The notes under the pieces: model-generated
What the model was told of the DNA's origin: nothing
Databases searched by the model: none
Seen by the model: the letters and a program-made list of their open reading frames with translations, nothing else
Origin: Candidatus Nanopelagicaceae bacterium
GTDB lineage: Bacteria; Actinomycetota; Actinomycetes; Nanopelagicales; Nanopelagicaceae
DNA: 64,000 nucleotides
Direction: 5' to 3'
Assembly: GCA_040402395.1 (NCBI GenBank)
Contig: JBBAMQ010000002.1
Coordinates: forward strand, 37,376 to 101,375
Translations under genes and position numbers: made by a program
In this document: positions 31,426 to 43,043 of the stretch, in pieces
How the letters are laid out: each line of letters starts with the position of its first letter
How positions within the stretch are numbered: the first letter of the stretch is position 1

Positions 31426-32456
31426 ACGATAATTCTTTCATATGCTGCCCGCGCTGCCTCAATCGGCACGCTCTCGAGCCACACTGGATGACCGACGTGA
31501 TCTATACCGATAAATCGGAGCTGCTGAGCGCGGGACTTCTTATCGCTCTGCATCACTCGAAGAAACTCTTCCCAGCCCAGATCTTTGGTTTGTACTGGCA
31601 ATGAAAACTTCTCCAACATATCTATAAGATTTTGGGTAATCGTAGGATCCAACGATAAGAGAGCTTCCGAGAGGTAAAGCACGTAAACCAATCCAACCGA
31701 TACCGCCTCACCATGCCGTAATTCATAGGAGCGCAGCTTCTCCAGAGCATGGCCGAAGGTATGTCCAAAGTTCAGGATTTCTCGTAACTCACCCTCTTTG
31801 AAGTCGCGGCTTACGACATCAGCCTTCACTCGGATGCTGCGAGCAACGAGCTCGCCGCTCAAAGAACGCGCATCTGCAATGGTCGGAAGGTCGGTAAGAA
31901 TTCTCAAAATCTCCGGGTCTGCGATTAGACCGACTTTAATCACCTCGGCGAGACCCGCTGAGAAGTCTCGATCCGAAAGTGAATCTAAGAAACCAAGATC
32001 TACGATTACCTCACTCGGTGAATGGAAGGCGCCAATCAAATTTTTACCAGCCGAACTGTTAATCCCAGTTTTACCACCCACCGAGGCATCGACCATCGCC
32101 GATAAGGTGGTCGGAAAAGCGAACCATGCCACACCACGTAACCAGGTCGCCGCGGCAAAACCCGCCAAATCTGTTGTCGCCCCACCACCAATACCCACGA
32201 CTGCATCTTTGCGCCCTAGTTGAATCTCCCCCAGGTAATCCCAAATTTTTTCAAGAGTCAATACGCTCTTCTGTGACTCACCATTCGTTGTATAGAAAAT
32301 AAAAGGATAGGAAAGCTCAAGCTGAGATCTCAGCGCTTCTGGTGCGATAATCAAAATCTTAGAATACGAAGCACTTATATCGGCGAGGGTCTTCCGCCAA
32401 TCGGCGCCAATAATTACTTTGTACTTATGTTCTGACTCAACGTCAATTTCAACCAT
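31422..32456 (-). CDS. aroB: 3-dehydroquinate synthase
   Basis: GGGATTDLAGFAAATWLRG, DASVGGKTGIN, and NFGHTFGHALE. Confidence 0.9.
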   Translation of the reverse strand: MVEIDVESEHKYKVIIGADWRKTLADISASYSKILIIAPEALRSQLELSYPFIFYTTNGESQKSVLTLEKIWDYLGEIQLGRKDAVVGIGGGATTDLAGFAAATWLRGVAWFAFPTTLSAMVDASVGGKTGINSSAGKNLIGAFHSPSEVIVDLGFLDSLSDRDFSAGLAEVIKVGLIADPEILRILTDLPTIADARSLSGELVARSIRVKADVVSRDFKEGELREILNFGHTFGHALEKLRSYELRHGEAVSVGLVYVLYLSEALLSLDPTITQNLIDMLEKFSLPVQTKDLGWEEFLRVMQSDKKSRAQQLRFIGIDHVGHPVWLESVPIEAARAAYERIIV

Positions 32457-32964
32457 TGCTAACCTTCAACGCTTTAACTATCTCCATCGCAACATCGTGC
32501 GGTTTCTTCGAATCTGTCGAAATCGTCAAATCTGCCAGGGCTTCATAGAAAGGAAGCCGCTCTTGTAACAGTGCCATCCAGGTCTGTCGTGGATTGATCA
32601 ATAACATTGGACGATCTTGATTGAAGCCAATGCGGGGTGCTGCTTGTCCTATCCCGACCTGCAAAAAAACTTTCATCGCACTGCTCGCCTGAATCGAATT
32701 GCGTGAGTGTTCATTCATCACTGAACCACCACCCAATGAAAGTATCCCCGCTTCATTCACAAGCGCTTCATCTACAACAATGACCTCTATTTCCCGAAAC
32801 AAAGCTTCACCATCGTCGACGAAAATTGTTGAGATCTTTTTGCCAGCGCGAGCCTCGATCAGCGAATCGGTATCCGAGAAGGTGAGGTTAATCGCCTTAG
32901 CCAATGCCCGCCCTACCGATGATTTCCCCGAACCGGGTGGCCCGATAAGAATGACCTTAGGCAT
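32449..32964 (-). CDS. aroK: shikimate kinase
   Basis: LIGPPGSGKSSVG Walker A, DTD, and LGGG. Confidence 0.9.
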   Translation of the reverse strand: MPKVILIGPPGSGKSSVGRALAKAINLTFSDTDSLIEARAGKKISTIFVDDGEALFREIEVIVVDEALVNEAGILSLGGGSVMNEHSRNSIQASSAMKVFLQVGIGQAAPRIGFNQDRPMLLINPRQTWMALLQERLPFYEALADLTISTDSKKPHDVAMEIVKALKVSNG

Positions 32965-34148
32965 TACTTAATCTCGAGGTTCTCTAAATAATTAAGATAG
33001 TTGCGACGCGTCTCTTTCACGCTATCTCCACCGAATTTTTCGAGCACCGCATCGGCGAGGACAAGTGCGACCATCGCCTCGGCTACGATGCCGGCAGCAG
33101 GAACGGCGCAGACGTCAGAACGTTGATTGATCGCTTTCGCCGGCTCTCCACTCTTTACATCGATCGTATCCAACGCGCGTGGAACTGTTGAAATTGGCTT
33201 CATCGCGGCACGAACTCGCAGGATTTCGCCATTAGACATTCCGCCCTCGGTGCCGCCGGCACGGTCGGTTCGACGCACAATTTTGCCCGAAGGATCGCGT
33301 TCGATCTCATCATGCGCAACCGAGCCGCGTCTGCGCGCAGTAGTAAATCCATCGCCAATCTCAACGCCCTTGATCGCCTGAATCCCCATGATCGCGCCAG
33401 CCAGACGAGCATCGAGGCGACGATCCCAATGCGTATGTGAACCAAGCCCTGGCGGTAGATCAAAGACGAGAACCTCCACGACTCCCCCCAAGGTATCTCC
33501 CGCTGAATGCGCATCTTCTATTTCAGCAATCATTGCAAGACTTGTCGCAGGATCTGCGCATCTCACTAGATCTTCATCGACGCGATCGCGTTCTGCAAAA
33601 GCTGGAATTGGTGCGCCCTCAGGAACGTTCACAGCCCCAATAGAAAGTACGTGCGACATGATTCTGGCGCCGATGGTTTGCTCGAGGAAGGCTCGGGCAA
33701 TTGCACCAAGAGCAACTCGTGCAGCTGTTTCACGGGCGCTAGCTCGTTCAAGAATAGGACGGGCATCATCGAAGCCATATTTCTGCATACCGACGAGATC
33801 GGCATGCCCCGGTCGAGGACGAGTCAAGGGTGCATTGCGTGCCAGAGCCAAAAGTTCTTCCGGATCGACTGGGTTTGGTGACATCACTTTCTCCCACTTG
33901 GGCCATTCTGAATTCGAAACTGTAAGTGCAATCGGACCACCTTGGGTCAACCCATGACGGACGCCACCGAGCAAGGTAACGAGATCAGCTTCAAAATTTT
34001 GTCTCGCTCCTCGCCCAAAACCAAGTCTGCGTCGCTTCAAATCGGCATCGATGGCGAGGCTATCAATCACGACACTCGCAGGAAGGCCCTCCAGAATTGC
34101 AGTCAGAGCAGGTCCGTGCGATTCTCCAGCGGTAAGCCAACGAAGCAT
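32964..34148 (-). CDS. aroC: chorismate synthase
   Basis: [21 protein letters not shown], and SARETAARV. The ATG at 34148 matches the canonical N-terminus. The track starts at 34160. Confidence 0.9.
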   Translation of the reverse strand: MLRWLTAGESHGPALTAILEGLPASVVIDSLAIDADLKRRRLGFGRGARQNFEADLVTLLGGVRHGLTQGGPIALTVSNSEWPKWEKVMSPNPVDPEELLALARNAPLTRPRPGHADLVGMQKYGFDDARPILERASARETAARVALGAIARAFLEQTIGARIMSHVLSIGAVNVPEGAPIPAFAERDRVDEDLVRCADPATSLAMIAEIEDAHSAGDTLGGVVEVLVFDLPPGLGSHTHWDRRLDARLAGAIMGIQAIKGVEIGDGFTTARRRGSVAHDEIERDPSGKIVRRTDRAGGTEGGMSNGEILRVRAAMKPISTVPRALDTIDVKSGEPAKAINQRSDVCAVPAAGIVAEAMVALVLADAVLEKFGGDSVKETRRNYLNYLENLEIK

Positions 34149-34263
34149 CTCTGATCTCATTCTTTCGCAGGTCCAGATGATCCTCGAGGATGACCTGGTG
34201 TACTACCCAATTCTGGCAGATCATTCGACTATCTCGCACTCACATTATCGATTAAGTGAGCGA

Positions 34264-34680
34264 TTACACGCAGAGGAGTGACCCGATTACCAAGGCCGGC
34301 GCGAAGGCGATGGTGCGATGAAAGCTCCCTCGGGAAATTCTCGTATAGAGCAACTGACCACAGGCGAGAAGAGATGCCAAGGTAAAAGCCGTCAATACTC
34401 GCCCACCATTACCTAATAAGAGTGCCAAGATAATCATAAGTTTGATATCGCCGGCCCCGATACCGATCCACCCACTCAGGAAGAGGGGCAGAAGCACGAG
34501 TGCACAGACCAGCCCGGCGAGTGAGGCACTCATCAACTCTCTGGGCCAAGCAATGTAGATGGCGAGTGTCGCAATAGTGAGAAGGAAGAGCAAGCGATTA
34601 GGAATTCTTCGGTGACGAATATCCATAACAACCACTGCTGGGCCTACAAGAAAGAGCACCAATAAGCGGAGAGAGGTCAT
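34264..34680 (-). CDS. A24-family prepilin peptidase-like membrane protein (orphan)
   Basis: Polytopic, with the two Asp motifs MDIRHRRIPN and IGAGDIKL. ATG at 34680 chosen; the track starts at 34740, inside aroE. Confidence 0.7.
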   Translation of the reverse strand: MTSLRLLVLFLVGPAVVVMDIRHRRIPNRLLFLLTIATLAIYIAWPRELMSASLAGLVCALVLLPLFLSGWIGIGAGDIKLMIILALLLGNGGRVLTAFTLASLLACGQLLYTRISRGSFHRTIAFAPALVIGSLLCV

Positions 34681-34720
34681 GGCCAACCCTATTGAGGGCT
34701 TGCCGATTACCCACAGTTGG

Positions 34721-35527
34721 CTACTTTCTCTGTGAACCAAGGTGCGAAATCGCTACCTCCAGTAACTCCTTGCGCATCACTGCGTAATCAAAATTCTGGT
34801 GAGTCATCATTTCAATTGCGTATAGGGCTTGTTCTACGAGCAAGTCCACACCGTGTAAGAGGAAACCGCCGAGCTCCTTCCAAGCGAAGGCGAGCTCGGT
34901 CGGCCACGGTTTGTACAGTGCTTCCAGGTAGACACCATCAACTCGCTCCAACCTGCTAGCTAAATGATCGGCTGCTCCGGCGGGAGTCGTGTTAATGATG
35001 ATGTCGTAGCCGTTGAGTGGGCTATTCATGGGCAACGTTCGAACGCTCACTAGCGGCGCGATGTGATTGATCGCATCGGCACGTGCCGGTGTTCGAAGAA
35101 AGAGATCGATCACCCCAGCCCTTTTTGCGAGTGCGCCAACAGCGGCGCGGGCGGTCCCTCCGCCACCGATAATGGCAACCCGGTCAGCAGGGAAAGGTTT
35201 AAGTAGCCTCTCAAAAGCTAAAAGGTCGGTGGAGGTCGCCATGAACTGATTTCCAGCGCGCAATAAAGTATTTGCACTTCGAATCAAAGTGGCGGGCGGG
35301 TCGAAGGTACATAAAGGTGATGAAAACACACTCTCTTTTAATGGCATCGTAAGATTGAATCCACTCCAACCAGCTTTTAACGATTCCCCGAGAAATTCGA
35401 CCAGGCGATTCTCAGTGATATCTATCGCTTCGTAACTACCTTCAATTTCAAGGATTTCATAGGCCCGATTATGAAGCAAAGGCGAAAGAGAGTGAGCAAT
35501 AGGTGAGCCAAGTACCGCGCATCTCAT
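34721..35527 (-). CDS. aroE: shikimate dehydrogenase
   Basis: AVLGSPIAHSLSPLLHN, NLTMPLK, and IIGGGGTARA. ATG at 35527, or alternatively the GTG at 35530; either overlaps the mltG stop. Confidence 0.85.
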   Translation of the reverse strand: MRCAVLGSPIAHSLSPLLHNRAYEILEIEGSYEAIDITENRLVEFLGESLKAGWSGFNLTMPLKESVFSSPLCTFDPPATLIRSANTLLRAGNQFMATSTDLLAFERLLKPFPADRVAIIGGGGTARAAVGALAKRAGVIDLFLRTPARADAINHIAPLVSVRTLPMNSPLNGYDIIINTTPAGAADHLASRLERVDGVYLEALYKPWPTELAFAWKELGGFLLHGVDLLVEQALYAIEMMTHQNFDYAVMRKELLEVAISHLGSQRK

Positions 35528-36525
35528 CACTTGAAAGCTCCGTTTGCTAGATTGTTATTGTAGAGAGTAACCCAGCCCTCAAACTCTGAATAACTCTTCG
35601 TGAAGCGAGTCTCGTGCGGTTTGACGGTGATGAAATAAAGCCAATCGCCCAGCGCGGGATGGAGAGCAGCTTTAATCGCGGCCAGACTTGGATTAGAGAT
35701 GGGAGTAGGCGTCAAACCGAAATGAAGGTAGGTGTTGTACGGCGAGGCAATCCGGAGTTGATTGCGGGAAAGTGCGATGTGTCCACGTGTGCCGTTGGCA
35801 AACTGCACAGTTGAATTTAGCTGTAACGGCATGGATACCTTCAATCGATTGTAGATAACCCTTGCAGCTTTGGCGTAATCGATTGGGTCCGCCTCAATCT
35901 GAATGAGTGATGCAATCGTGAGGACATCGTAAGCAGTATATTTCTCAAAACCCGCCGAGAGAGCTAACGAAGAAGTTGATTGAGTAAATTTCTCGACCAT
36001 CTGCGAGAGTGCTGAATTCGTCGATGTTCCCTCTGCGAAGGCGTAGGTCGCTGGAAAAAGAAAGCCTTCCAACGAGGTGGACCTTCCGACAGTCGGCTTG
36101 ACAACCTTGCCAACCGCGCCGGTCACGCCATTTTTCTTCAATACGGCAAGCACATCTGCATACGTTGACCCCTCAATGATCTGGACAATTCCAGAATTTC
36201 TCGTGCTGTCAAGGAGTTCAATCAGGGCTTGCTGAGAAGTTATGTGGCTTTCAATGAGATGGCGACCCGGTGCGATTGCCAAAGCTCGTGAATCGCGAGA
36301 CGCTAAATCATAAAAATTCTTACTTGTGAGAATCACACCACGGGCACCTAAGTCCAGTGCGATCGCTGATCCACTCTCGCCGGCTTGAACTGAGATACTT
36401 ACTAACGCGCCGGGAGTTCCTGCTGGATACTCACTCTCCCCTTTCGCCAAAAGCAACGCTCCGCTAGCTCCCAGCAGAATTAGTACCAAGGCGATAGCCG
36501 AACTCTTAACCCACCTAGTCGTCAT
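35527..36525 (-). CDS. mltG: endolytic murein transglycosylase MltG (YceG-like)
   Basis: N-terminal TM segment, ASLIQIEA, and NRL...LQ.. and PYNTY motifs of the YceG family. Confidence 0.85.
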   Translation of the reverse strand: MTTRWVKSSAIALVLILLGASGALLLAKGESEYPAGTPGALVSISVQAGESGSAIALDLGARGVILTSKNFYDLASRDSRALAIAPGRHLIESHITSQQALIELLDSTRNSGIVQIIEGSTYADVLAVLKKNGVTGAVGKVVKPTVGRSTSLEGFLFPATYAFAEGTSTNSALSQMVEKFTQSTSSLALSAGFEKYTAYDVLTIASLIQIEADPIDYAKAARVIYNRLKVSMPLQLNSTVQFANGTRGHIALSRNQLRIASPYNTYLHFGLTPTPISNPSLAAIKAALHPALGDWLYFITVKPHETRFTKSYSEFEGWVTLYNNNLANGAFK

Positions 36526-36973
36526 TCTTCGCTATTTTCAGAGTGCCAGATTTCTTTAATCGCTCATTATTGAGCGCCGCTTCTAAGATTTCAGCAGCGG
36601 CAGCCGAGTCGATAAAGCTCTTGGCAGCCTTGGCATCTTTGCCGACAGAACGCAATTTGCTCGCTGCGCTGACTGTCGAGAACCGTTCATCGACCTCGAG
36701 GATGGCAATATCACTCAATCCGCGCAAGAGGGCGATAAATTCCTTCACCGATTCCATCTTGCTACTGACCGCACCAGAGAGATGCCGTGGCTCCCCTACA
36801 ACAATGGCTACTGGTTCGTACTCCGCGAGAAGAGCGGTTATCGAAGCCACGAGAGTTTCAGGAGAATTTATCAGCGCGTGAATGGGGGTAATAACGATCG
36901 AATCGGGGTCTGAGACCGCTACGCCTATCCGAACCTCGCCATAGTCGAATGCAATGCGACGCCCCCGTTGCAT
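36515..36973 (-). CDS. ruvX: Holliday-junction-resolvase-like putative pre-16S rRNA nuclease RuvX/YqgF
   Basis: RRIAFDYGEVRIGVAVSD and DERFST. The ATG at 36973 overlaps the alaS stop as TGATG. Confidence 0.85.
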   Translation of the reverse strand: MQRGRRIAFDYGEVRIGVAVSDPDSIVITPIHALINSPETLVASITALLAEYEPVAIVVGEPRHLSGAVSSKMESVKEFIALLRGLSDIAILEVDERFSTVSAASKLRSVGKDAKAAKSFIDSAAAAEILEAALNNERLKKSGTLKIAKNDD

Positions 36974-39657
36974 CAATGACCAAGAACTACGTTGAGAGCG
37001 TTTCTCATTTCAGTAATCGCCTCTGAGATCTTCGCACCACGGACACCGCCACCTTGAGCAAAATCATCTTTGCCGCCACCGCCACCGCCAAGAACACCTG
37101 AGCCAATCTTCACCAAGTCACCAGCTTTAACACCGCGTTGTCGTGCACTATCCGATACCGCAACCACTAACGTGACGCGTTCGCCTGTTGTTGAAAGAAG
37201 AGAGATCACACCACCACTGATTCGATTACGAAGGTCTAACGCCATCGTGCGCAGATCATCACCCGAAATATTCTCGGCTACCTGTGCAAAGAGAAGAGAG
37301 AGATCGCCGCTCTTTTCGACCTGTCCGAGAAGTTCTCCAGCAGCGGAGAGCGCTTGCGCTGATTTCAACGCTGCCAACTCTTTTTCGATATCGCGAATGC
37401 GTGTCAAAAGATCAGAAATTCGCTCGGGCAAATCTTCGACCCTAGAGCCCTTTATTAACTCGGTGAGTGAGTTGAGAAGTACGTGTTCGCGCGCTAAGAA
37501 ATTGAATGCATCCACTCCAACGAGCGCCTCGACACGTCTAACACCAGCACCGATCGATGTTTCACTTAAAAGTTTTACTAGCCCTAACTCTGCTGAGGAT
37601 TTCACGTGGGTACCCCCACAAAGTTCGCGCGCCCAGTCACCAACCGAGACAACACGCACCCGTTCCCCATATTTCTCGCCAAAGAGCGCCATTGCGCCGA
37701 TCGCCTTAGCCTCTGGCTGACTCATCTCTTGCGCTGTTACCGCGAGATTTTCTAAGAGAAGAGAGTTAACGCGTGACTCGACATCATGGAGTACTGAGTC
37801 TGGAACCGCACCCGAAGATGGAAAATCAAAACGGAAGCGACCGGGTGCATTTTCAGAGCCAGCCTGGGTCGCACTCTCACCGAGTGCTTCTCGGAAGGCT
37901 TTATGGACCATGTGAGTAGCGGTATGGGCGCGCGAGATCGCCATTCGACGTTCGCGATCGATCCGGGCAAAGAGTTGATCCCCAACTTCGATCGACCCTT
38001 CAGAAATGCGACCGCGGTGAATAAATAGGCCTGGTACCGGAGAAAGGACATCATCAACTTCAATTGCCGCACCATTTGCAAGAGTAATAAAGCCGCCATC
38101 AGAGAGCTGGCCCCCAGCCTCAGAGTAGAAAGGAGTCCGATCTAGAACGATTTCAACTTCCGCGCCAACAGATGCCGCTTTGACCTCTTTGCCGGCTATC
38201 AAGATCGCACGAAGCGCGCTCTCTGATTCCTGATGGTCATAACCAATAAATGAGGTCGCACCAACGCGATCGATGATTTTCCGATACTCGCTCAGGTCGG
38301 CATGGCCAGATTTCTTACTCCGAGCATCCTCCTTCGCTCGGTCTCGCTGTACTGTCATGAGTCGGCGGAAACCACTCTCATCAATCGAGAGTCCCTGCTC
38401 GCTCGCCATCTCAAGCGTGAGATCAAAAGGAAAGCCAAAAGTGTCATGGAGTTTGAAAACAGTGTCAGCGGTAAGTAATGGCGTCGATGTTGATTTCACC
38501 TGTGTAACAGCGAGATCAAAGATTGCGGTGCCACTTTTAAGTGTGGATAGAAAAGAATCTTCCTCTGCTTCAGAGATCGCGATAATGCGATCCTGACCCT
38601 CGATGAGCTCTGGATATTGCGGACCCATCGCCCCAATCGATGATCGAACGAGATCCCCCAAGGTGTGATCGGGAGCCCCAAGTATTCGCATATTGCGAAT
38701 TGTCCGTCTCATCATCCGTCGAAGAACGTAGCCTCGGCCTTCATTGCCCGGAAGAACCCCATCACCGATGAGCATCATCGCGGTACGTGCATGATCCGCA
38801 ACTACACGAAGCGCGACATCAGAATTTTGCTGCGCACCGTAGATCGCTCCAGAAAGTTGCGTTGCGCGATTGAGAATCTGCATCGTCGTATCGATTTCAT
38901 AAATATTCTCGACACCTTGTAAGAGCGCAGCCATTCGTTCAAGCCCCAGTCCAGTATCTATATTCTTTGCTGGAAGTTCGCCCAGAATGGGGTAGCTATT
39001 CTTATCGCCACCAGCCCCCCGAACATTCTGCATAAAAACAAGATTCCAGACTTCAAGGTAACGATTCTCATCGGCGATCGGTCCACCATCAACGCCATAA
39101 TCGGGGCCACGATCATAATAAATTTCAGAACACGGACCGCATGGACCTGGTACACCCATAGACCAAAAATTATCTGCCATTCCACGACGTTGAATGCGTT
39201 CTTGCGGAACGCCAATCTTCTTGTGCCAGATATCCGCAGCTTCATCATCATCGAGATAAACGGTGACCCAGAGTCTCTCTTCCGGAAAACCATACCCACC
39301 ATCACGAACTGGTTTGGTCAAAAGCTCCCAGGCTAACGAGATCGCCTCTTCTTTAAAATAGCCACCAAAGGAGAAGTTGCCACACATCTGAAAGAAAGAG
39401 GCGTGTCGGGTTGTTTTGCCGACCTCATCAATATCAAGGGTACGGACACACTTCTGGACCGAGGTGGCTCGAACATAGGGTGGCTTTACCTCGCCCAAAA
39501 AAAATGGTTTAAAAGGAACCATTCCAGCATTAACGAGAAGCAAGTTCGGATCGTTTGCCACCAACGAGGCTGATGGAACAACGGTATGGGTTAGGCCTTG
39601 GCTATTGCCCGATTCAAAGAAGCGGAGCCAGCGAGCTCTGATTTCAGCTGAATCCAC
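36973..39657 (-). CDS. alaS: alanine--tRNA ligase
   Basis: 894 aa. [15 protein letters not shown], the editing-domain HTATH...CGGTH, and a C-terminal DHHA1 region with a GGGGG tract. GTG start. Confidence 0.95.
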   Translation of the reverse strand: MDSAEIRARWLRFFESGNSQGLTHTVVPSASLVANDPNLLLVNAGMVPFKPFFLGEVKPPYVRATSVQKCVRTLDIDEVGKTTRHASFFQMCGNFSFGGYFKEEAISLAWELLTKPVRDGGYGFPEERLWVTVYLDDDEAADIWHKKIGVPQERIQRRGMADNFWSMGVPGPCGPCSEIYYDRGPDYGVDGGPIADENRYLEVWNLVFMQNVRGAGGDKNSYPILGELPAKNIDTGLGLERMAALLQGVENIYEIDTTMQILNRATQLSGAIYGAQQNSDVALRVVADHARTAMMLIGDGVLPGNEGRGYVLRRMMRRTIRNMRILGAPDHTLGDLVRSSIGAMGPQYPELIEGQDRIIAISEAEEDSFLSTLKSGTAIFDLAVTQVKSTSTPLLTADTVFKLHDTFGFPFDLTLEMASEQGLSIDESGFRRLMTVQRDRAKEDARSKKSGHADLSEYRKIIDRVGATSFIGYDHQESESALRAILIAGKEVKAASVGAEVEIVLDRTPFYSEAGGQLSDGGFITLANGAAIEVDDVLSPVPGLFIHRGRISEGSIEVGDQLFARIDRERRMAISRAHTATHMVHKAFREALGESATQAGSENAPGRFRFDFPSSGAVPDSVLHDVESRVNSLLLENLAVTAQEMSQPEAKAIGAMALFGEKYGERVRVVSVGDWARELCGGTHVKSSAELGLVKLLSETSIGAGVRRVEALVGVDAFNFLAREHVLLNSLTELIKGSRVEDLPERISDLLTRIRDIEKELAALKSAQALSAAGELLGQVEKSGDLSLLFAQVAENISGDDLRTMALDLRNRISGGVISLLSTTGERVTLVVAVSDSARQRGVKAGDLVKIGSGVLGGGGGGKDDFAQGGGVRGAKISEAITEMRNALNVVLGH

Positions 39658-39660
39658 GGA

Positions 39661-39945
39661 CTATTCATGATTCTTCGGAGTTGTGCGCTTGCGCCCCACA
39701 AGAGTGGTTGCAGCACTGAGAATAATTTTTAGTAGATTTGAATTCTTGCCAATAAGAACTGCGAGTGCTTCGTTGATCTTCTCGCTCGCCTTCTCAGCAG
39801 TGGTCGTGATTCGGTTAACGCTTCGCACCGTACTCTGGACTTCGTCAATCAAGCGACCGAGTCGAATAACGGTGTAACCGACTGCGACCGCGATAACCAA
39901 TAGCGAAACGGCCGCGATTATTGTTGCGATTCCACCGGGTCCCAT
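39661..39945 (-). CDS. DUF948-like small membrane-anchored protein
   Basis: 94 aa with one N-terminal TM segment followed by a coiled region (IDEVQSTVRSVNRITTTAEKASEKINEAL). AGGA Shine-Dalgarno sequence upstream. Confidence 0.65.
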   Translation of the reverse strand: MGPGGIATIIAAVSLLVIAVAVGYTVIRLGRLIDEVQSTVRSVNRITTTAEKASEKINEALAVLIGKNSNLLKIILSAATTLVGRKRTTPKNHE

Positions 39946-39968
39946 GCTTAAATCCTACTAGAAATAGC

Positions 39969-39988
39969 GCAGCGCCAACCCCCGCTGC
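39969..39988 (-). terminator. candidate weak intrinsic terminator after aspS
   Basis: The minus-strand RNA has GCAGCG-GGGGUUGG-CGCUGC followed by GCUAUUUCU. The stem is GC-rich but only 6 bp, and the U-tract is poor. Confidence 0.3.
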
Positions 39989-39998
39989 CCTGATTTGC

Positions 39999-41756
39999 CT
40001 ACTCCGGTTTAGCCTTCTCTGGCACGAAATCTACGCCAGCCTCTCTTCGCTGTGGAGCTGTTATTGGAGTTGGTGCGCCGGTGAGTGGATCACCGCCACT
40101 CGCAGTCTTTGGGAATGCAATCACTTCGCGAATAGATTCAGCGCCTGCTAGGAGAGCACAGAGTCGATCGAGACCCAAAGCGATTCCACCATGCGGAGGC
40201 GGGCCATAGTTAAACGCCTCTAGGAGGAATCCAAACTTACTTTCAGCCTCTTCGGTTCCTAAGCCGATTGTCGAGAAGACCCGCTGTTGCACAGCTCGAT
40301 CATGGATACGAATCGATCCGCCTCCGATCTCATTGCCGTTGAGCACAATGTCGTAGGCATACGCCAGAGCGCTTGCTGGATCGGTATCGAAGGTATCCGC
40401 AAATTCTGGTTTCGGTCCGGTGAAGGGATGGTGGACCGCAGTCCAACCACTAGATGCGTTCTCAGAATCAATCTTCTCAAACATCGGAGCATCGACTACC
40501 CAGAGGAATTTCCACTCCCCCGTGCCGATCAGATTACAGCGCCGACCAATTTCAAGCCGGACCGCACCGAGCAGGTTCTGCGACGAGCTGATATTTCCTG
40601 CGGCAAAGAAAATAGCATCTCCAATCTTCGCCCCAGCTGCAGCAACTATCCCACTGCTCTCAATCACGGAAAGGTTTTTTGCGACCGGCCCGCCCAAGGT
40701 CCCATCTTCTTGTACCAAAATGTAGGCAAGACCTTTTGCCCCACGGGCCTTCGCCCAATCTTGCCAGGCATCAAGTTCGCGACGGGGAGAGGAAGCTCCA
40801 CCGGGCATTACCACCGATCCGACATATTCAGCCTGAAAGACTCGGAAGGTAGTTGCACTGAAAAAACTCGTGAGATCAGAAATTTCTAGATCGAATCGAA
40901 GGTCAGGTTTATCTGAACCATAACGACGCATGCATTCCAGATAGGTCATATGAGGAATCGGTAGGGGTATCTCGTTTCCTAATACCTTTTTGAAAACAGT
41001 AGCGAGAACGTTCTCAGCCACCTTTAAGACATCTGCTTGATCAACGAAGGACATTTCGATATCAAGTTGGGTGAACTCGGGTTGGCGATCGGCACGGAAA
41101 TCTTCATCTCGAAAACATCGTGCTATCTGGTAATAACGCTCCATCCCCGCGACCATAAGTAATTGTTTAAAGAGTTGCGGAGATTGCGGAAGCGCATACC
41201 AAGAGCCGGGCTGGAGTCGTACCGGTACTAAGAAATCTCGAGCGCCCTCGGGAGTTGAGCGGGTCAAATAGGGCGTTTCAATCTCAAGGAAATCCAACTC
41301 TTCCATAACGCCACGAATCGCAGAGGTGACCTTGGAGCGCAATCGAAGGTTATGCGCTGGTCCTTCTCGGCGCAGATCAAGGTAGCGATACTTGAGCCGT
41401 ACCTCTTCCGAAATAATCGATGTGTCACCGCTATCGACAGGAAAGGGAAGTGGTGCAGATTCGCTCAGGACAACGAGCTTTGTGCAATCAATCTCAATCT
41501 CACCGGTGGAGATATTTGAATTTTCATTACCGGTTGGGCGCTCCTTCACCATCCCAGTGATGAGTAAGCACCATTCAGCCCGCAGCGCGCCAGCGATCTC
41601 ATCCTTGATCACGACTTGAACACTGCCCGATGAGTCTCGAAGATCGATAAACGCGACTCCGCCGTGATCTCGACGACGTGCGACCCAGCCAGCAAGAATT
41701 ACTTCGGTTCCGACATCTACCTTACGGAGCGATCCCGCGTCATGACTTCTTAACAT
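39999..41756 (-). CDS. aspS: aspartate--tRNA ligase
   Basis: 585 aa. N-terminal OB fold, class II motifs ([26 protein letters not shown]), and a GAD insertion. Confidence 0.95.
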   Translation of the reverse strand: MLRSHDAGSLRKVDVGTEVILAGWVARRRDHGGVAFIDLRDSSGSVQVVIKDEIAGALRAEWCLLITGMVKERPTGNENSNISTGEIEIDCTKLVVLSESAPLPFPVDSGDTSIISEEVRLKYRYLDLRREGPAHNLRLRSKVTSAIRGVMEELDFLEIETPYLTRSTPEGARDFLVPVRLQPGSWYALPQSPQLFKQLLMVAGMERYYQIARCFRDEDFRADRQPEFTQLDIEMSFVDQADVLKVAENVLATVFKKVLGNEIPLPIPHMTYLECMRRYGSDKPDLRFDLEISDLTSFFSATTFRVFQAEYVGSVVMPGGASSPRRELDAWQDWAKARGAKGLAYILVQEDGTLGGPVAKNLSVIESSGIVAAAGAKIGDAIFFAAGNISSSQNLLGAVRLEIGRRCNLIGTGEWKFLWVVDAPMFEKIDSENASSGWTAVHHPFTGPKPEFADTFDTDPASALAYAYDIVLNGNEIGGGSIRIHDRAVQQRVFSTIGLGTEEAESKFGFLLEAFNYGPPPHGGIALGLDRLCALLAGAESIREVIAFPKTASGGDPLTGAPTPITAPQRREAGVDFVPEKAKPE

Positions 41757-43043
41757 CTAACGTTCTCCCTTATGGTGACCAATAAAATTTTCAAAATCTA
41801 CGTGGAGTGTTGAAATCTTAACTGAGATAATGGCTCCAGTTTCCATATTTTTTAGAGCCGCTGTATCCGAAAGAAGTTCGTCGCTCCCGATAACAAGACT
41901 AAACTTTGCGCCACTCTTATTCGCGGCCTTCATGCCGGCTTTAATAGATCGATCGCCAAAGGCGAGATCTACATTTATCTCTAACGATCTCAACCGTTCG
42001 GCCAAAGCTAGCGCAGCTCCCTTTGCCTCAAGCGCAATCGGAACAATGTAGAGATCAAGCAGCGAAGATTCGGCGATGGCGACATTTTCTGCCTCACAGG
42101 CAAGTACGCAACGATCAACGCCAATGCCAAAGCCAATACCAGAGAGCGAGGCCCCGCCGAGCTCAGCCATCAATCCGTCATAGCGGCCACCACCACCGAT
42201 ACCTGATTGTGCGCCGAGCCCATGATGGCTAAATTCAAATGCGGTGCCGGTGTAATAATCCAGACCCCGGACCATTCGATTGTTAACGGTGAAGGCAATA
42301 CCTAACTCAGTCAGCAACGATTGAACTCTTTCAAAATGCTCGATGCTCGATGGTGACAGGTAATCCATCAAGATGGGCGCCGCGCTCATCGCAGATTTGA
42401 TCTCTCCGCGCTTATCATCAAAGAGGCGCAACGGATTGATCTCTGCTCTCCTTAGGCTCTCTTCATCAAGATCAAGAGTTGCGATAAAGACCCGTAATTT
42501 CTCGGTGTAGCGCTGTCGACTCTCTTTATCTCCGAGCGAGGTTATCTCTAGCGAATAATTCTTAAGCCCAATTTTTCTAAATGCTCGGTCTGCAACGGCT
42601 ATGACTTCGACATCAATCTCGGGATCATCTGATCCAATCGCTTCGATCCCCACTTGATAGAACTGGCGATAGCGACCAGCCTGGGGGCGTTCTGCTCGAA
42701 AGAATGGCCCGGAATACCAGAGTTTTACCGGAAGTGATCCGCGATCCAGATTGTGTTCAATCACGGAACGCATGACACCCGCAGTTCCTTCGGGACGCAA
42801 CGTGAGTGATCGACCGCCACGATCTTCAAAGGTATACATCTCCTTTGAAACCACATCCGTAGATTCGCCAACACCACGGCGAAAAAGCTCGGTATCTTCA
42901 AAGATTGGAAGTTCAATCAGAAGATAGCCAGAGTTACGTGCTGAATTGATAAGTTCTCTCTGAACATATTCGAAAATTCTAGAACGATCCGGGTAATACT
43001 CACTGACGCCCTTTGGGGCTTGGAGGGGTTGCGAGTTATTCAC
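41757..43043 (-). CDS. hisS: histidine--tRNA ligase
   Basis: LRPEGTAGVMR, YSGPFFRAERPQAGRYRQF, and GGGGRYD. GTG start. The stop abuts the aspS start with zero gap. Confidence 0.95.
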   Translation of the reverse strand: MNNSQPLQAPKGVSEYYPDRSRIFEYVQRELINSARNSGYLLIELPIFEDTELFRRGVGESTDVVSKEMYTFEDRGGRSLTLRPEGTAGVMRSVIEHNLDRGSLPVKLWYSGPFFRAERPQAGRYRQFYQVGIEAIGSDDPEIDVEVIAVADRAFRKIGLKNYSLEITSLGDKESRQRYTEKLRVFIATLDLDEESLRRAEINPLRLFDDKRGEIKSAMSAAPILMDYLSPSSIEHFERVQSLLTELGIAFTVNNRMVRGLDYYTGTAFEFSHHGLGAQSGIGGGGRYDGLMAELGGASLSGIGFGIGVDRCVLACEAENVAIAESSLLDLYIVPIALEAKGAALALAERLRSLEINVDLAFGDRSIKAGMKAANKSGAKFSLVIGSDELLSDTAALKNMETGAIISVKISTLHVDFENFIGHHKGER

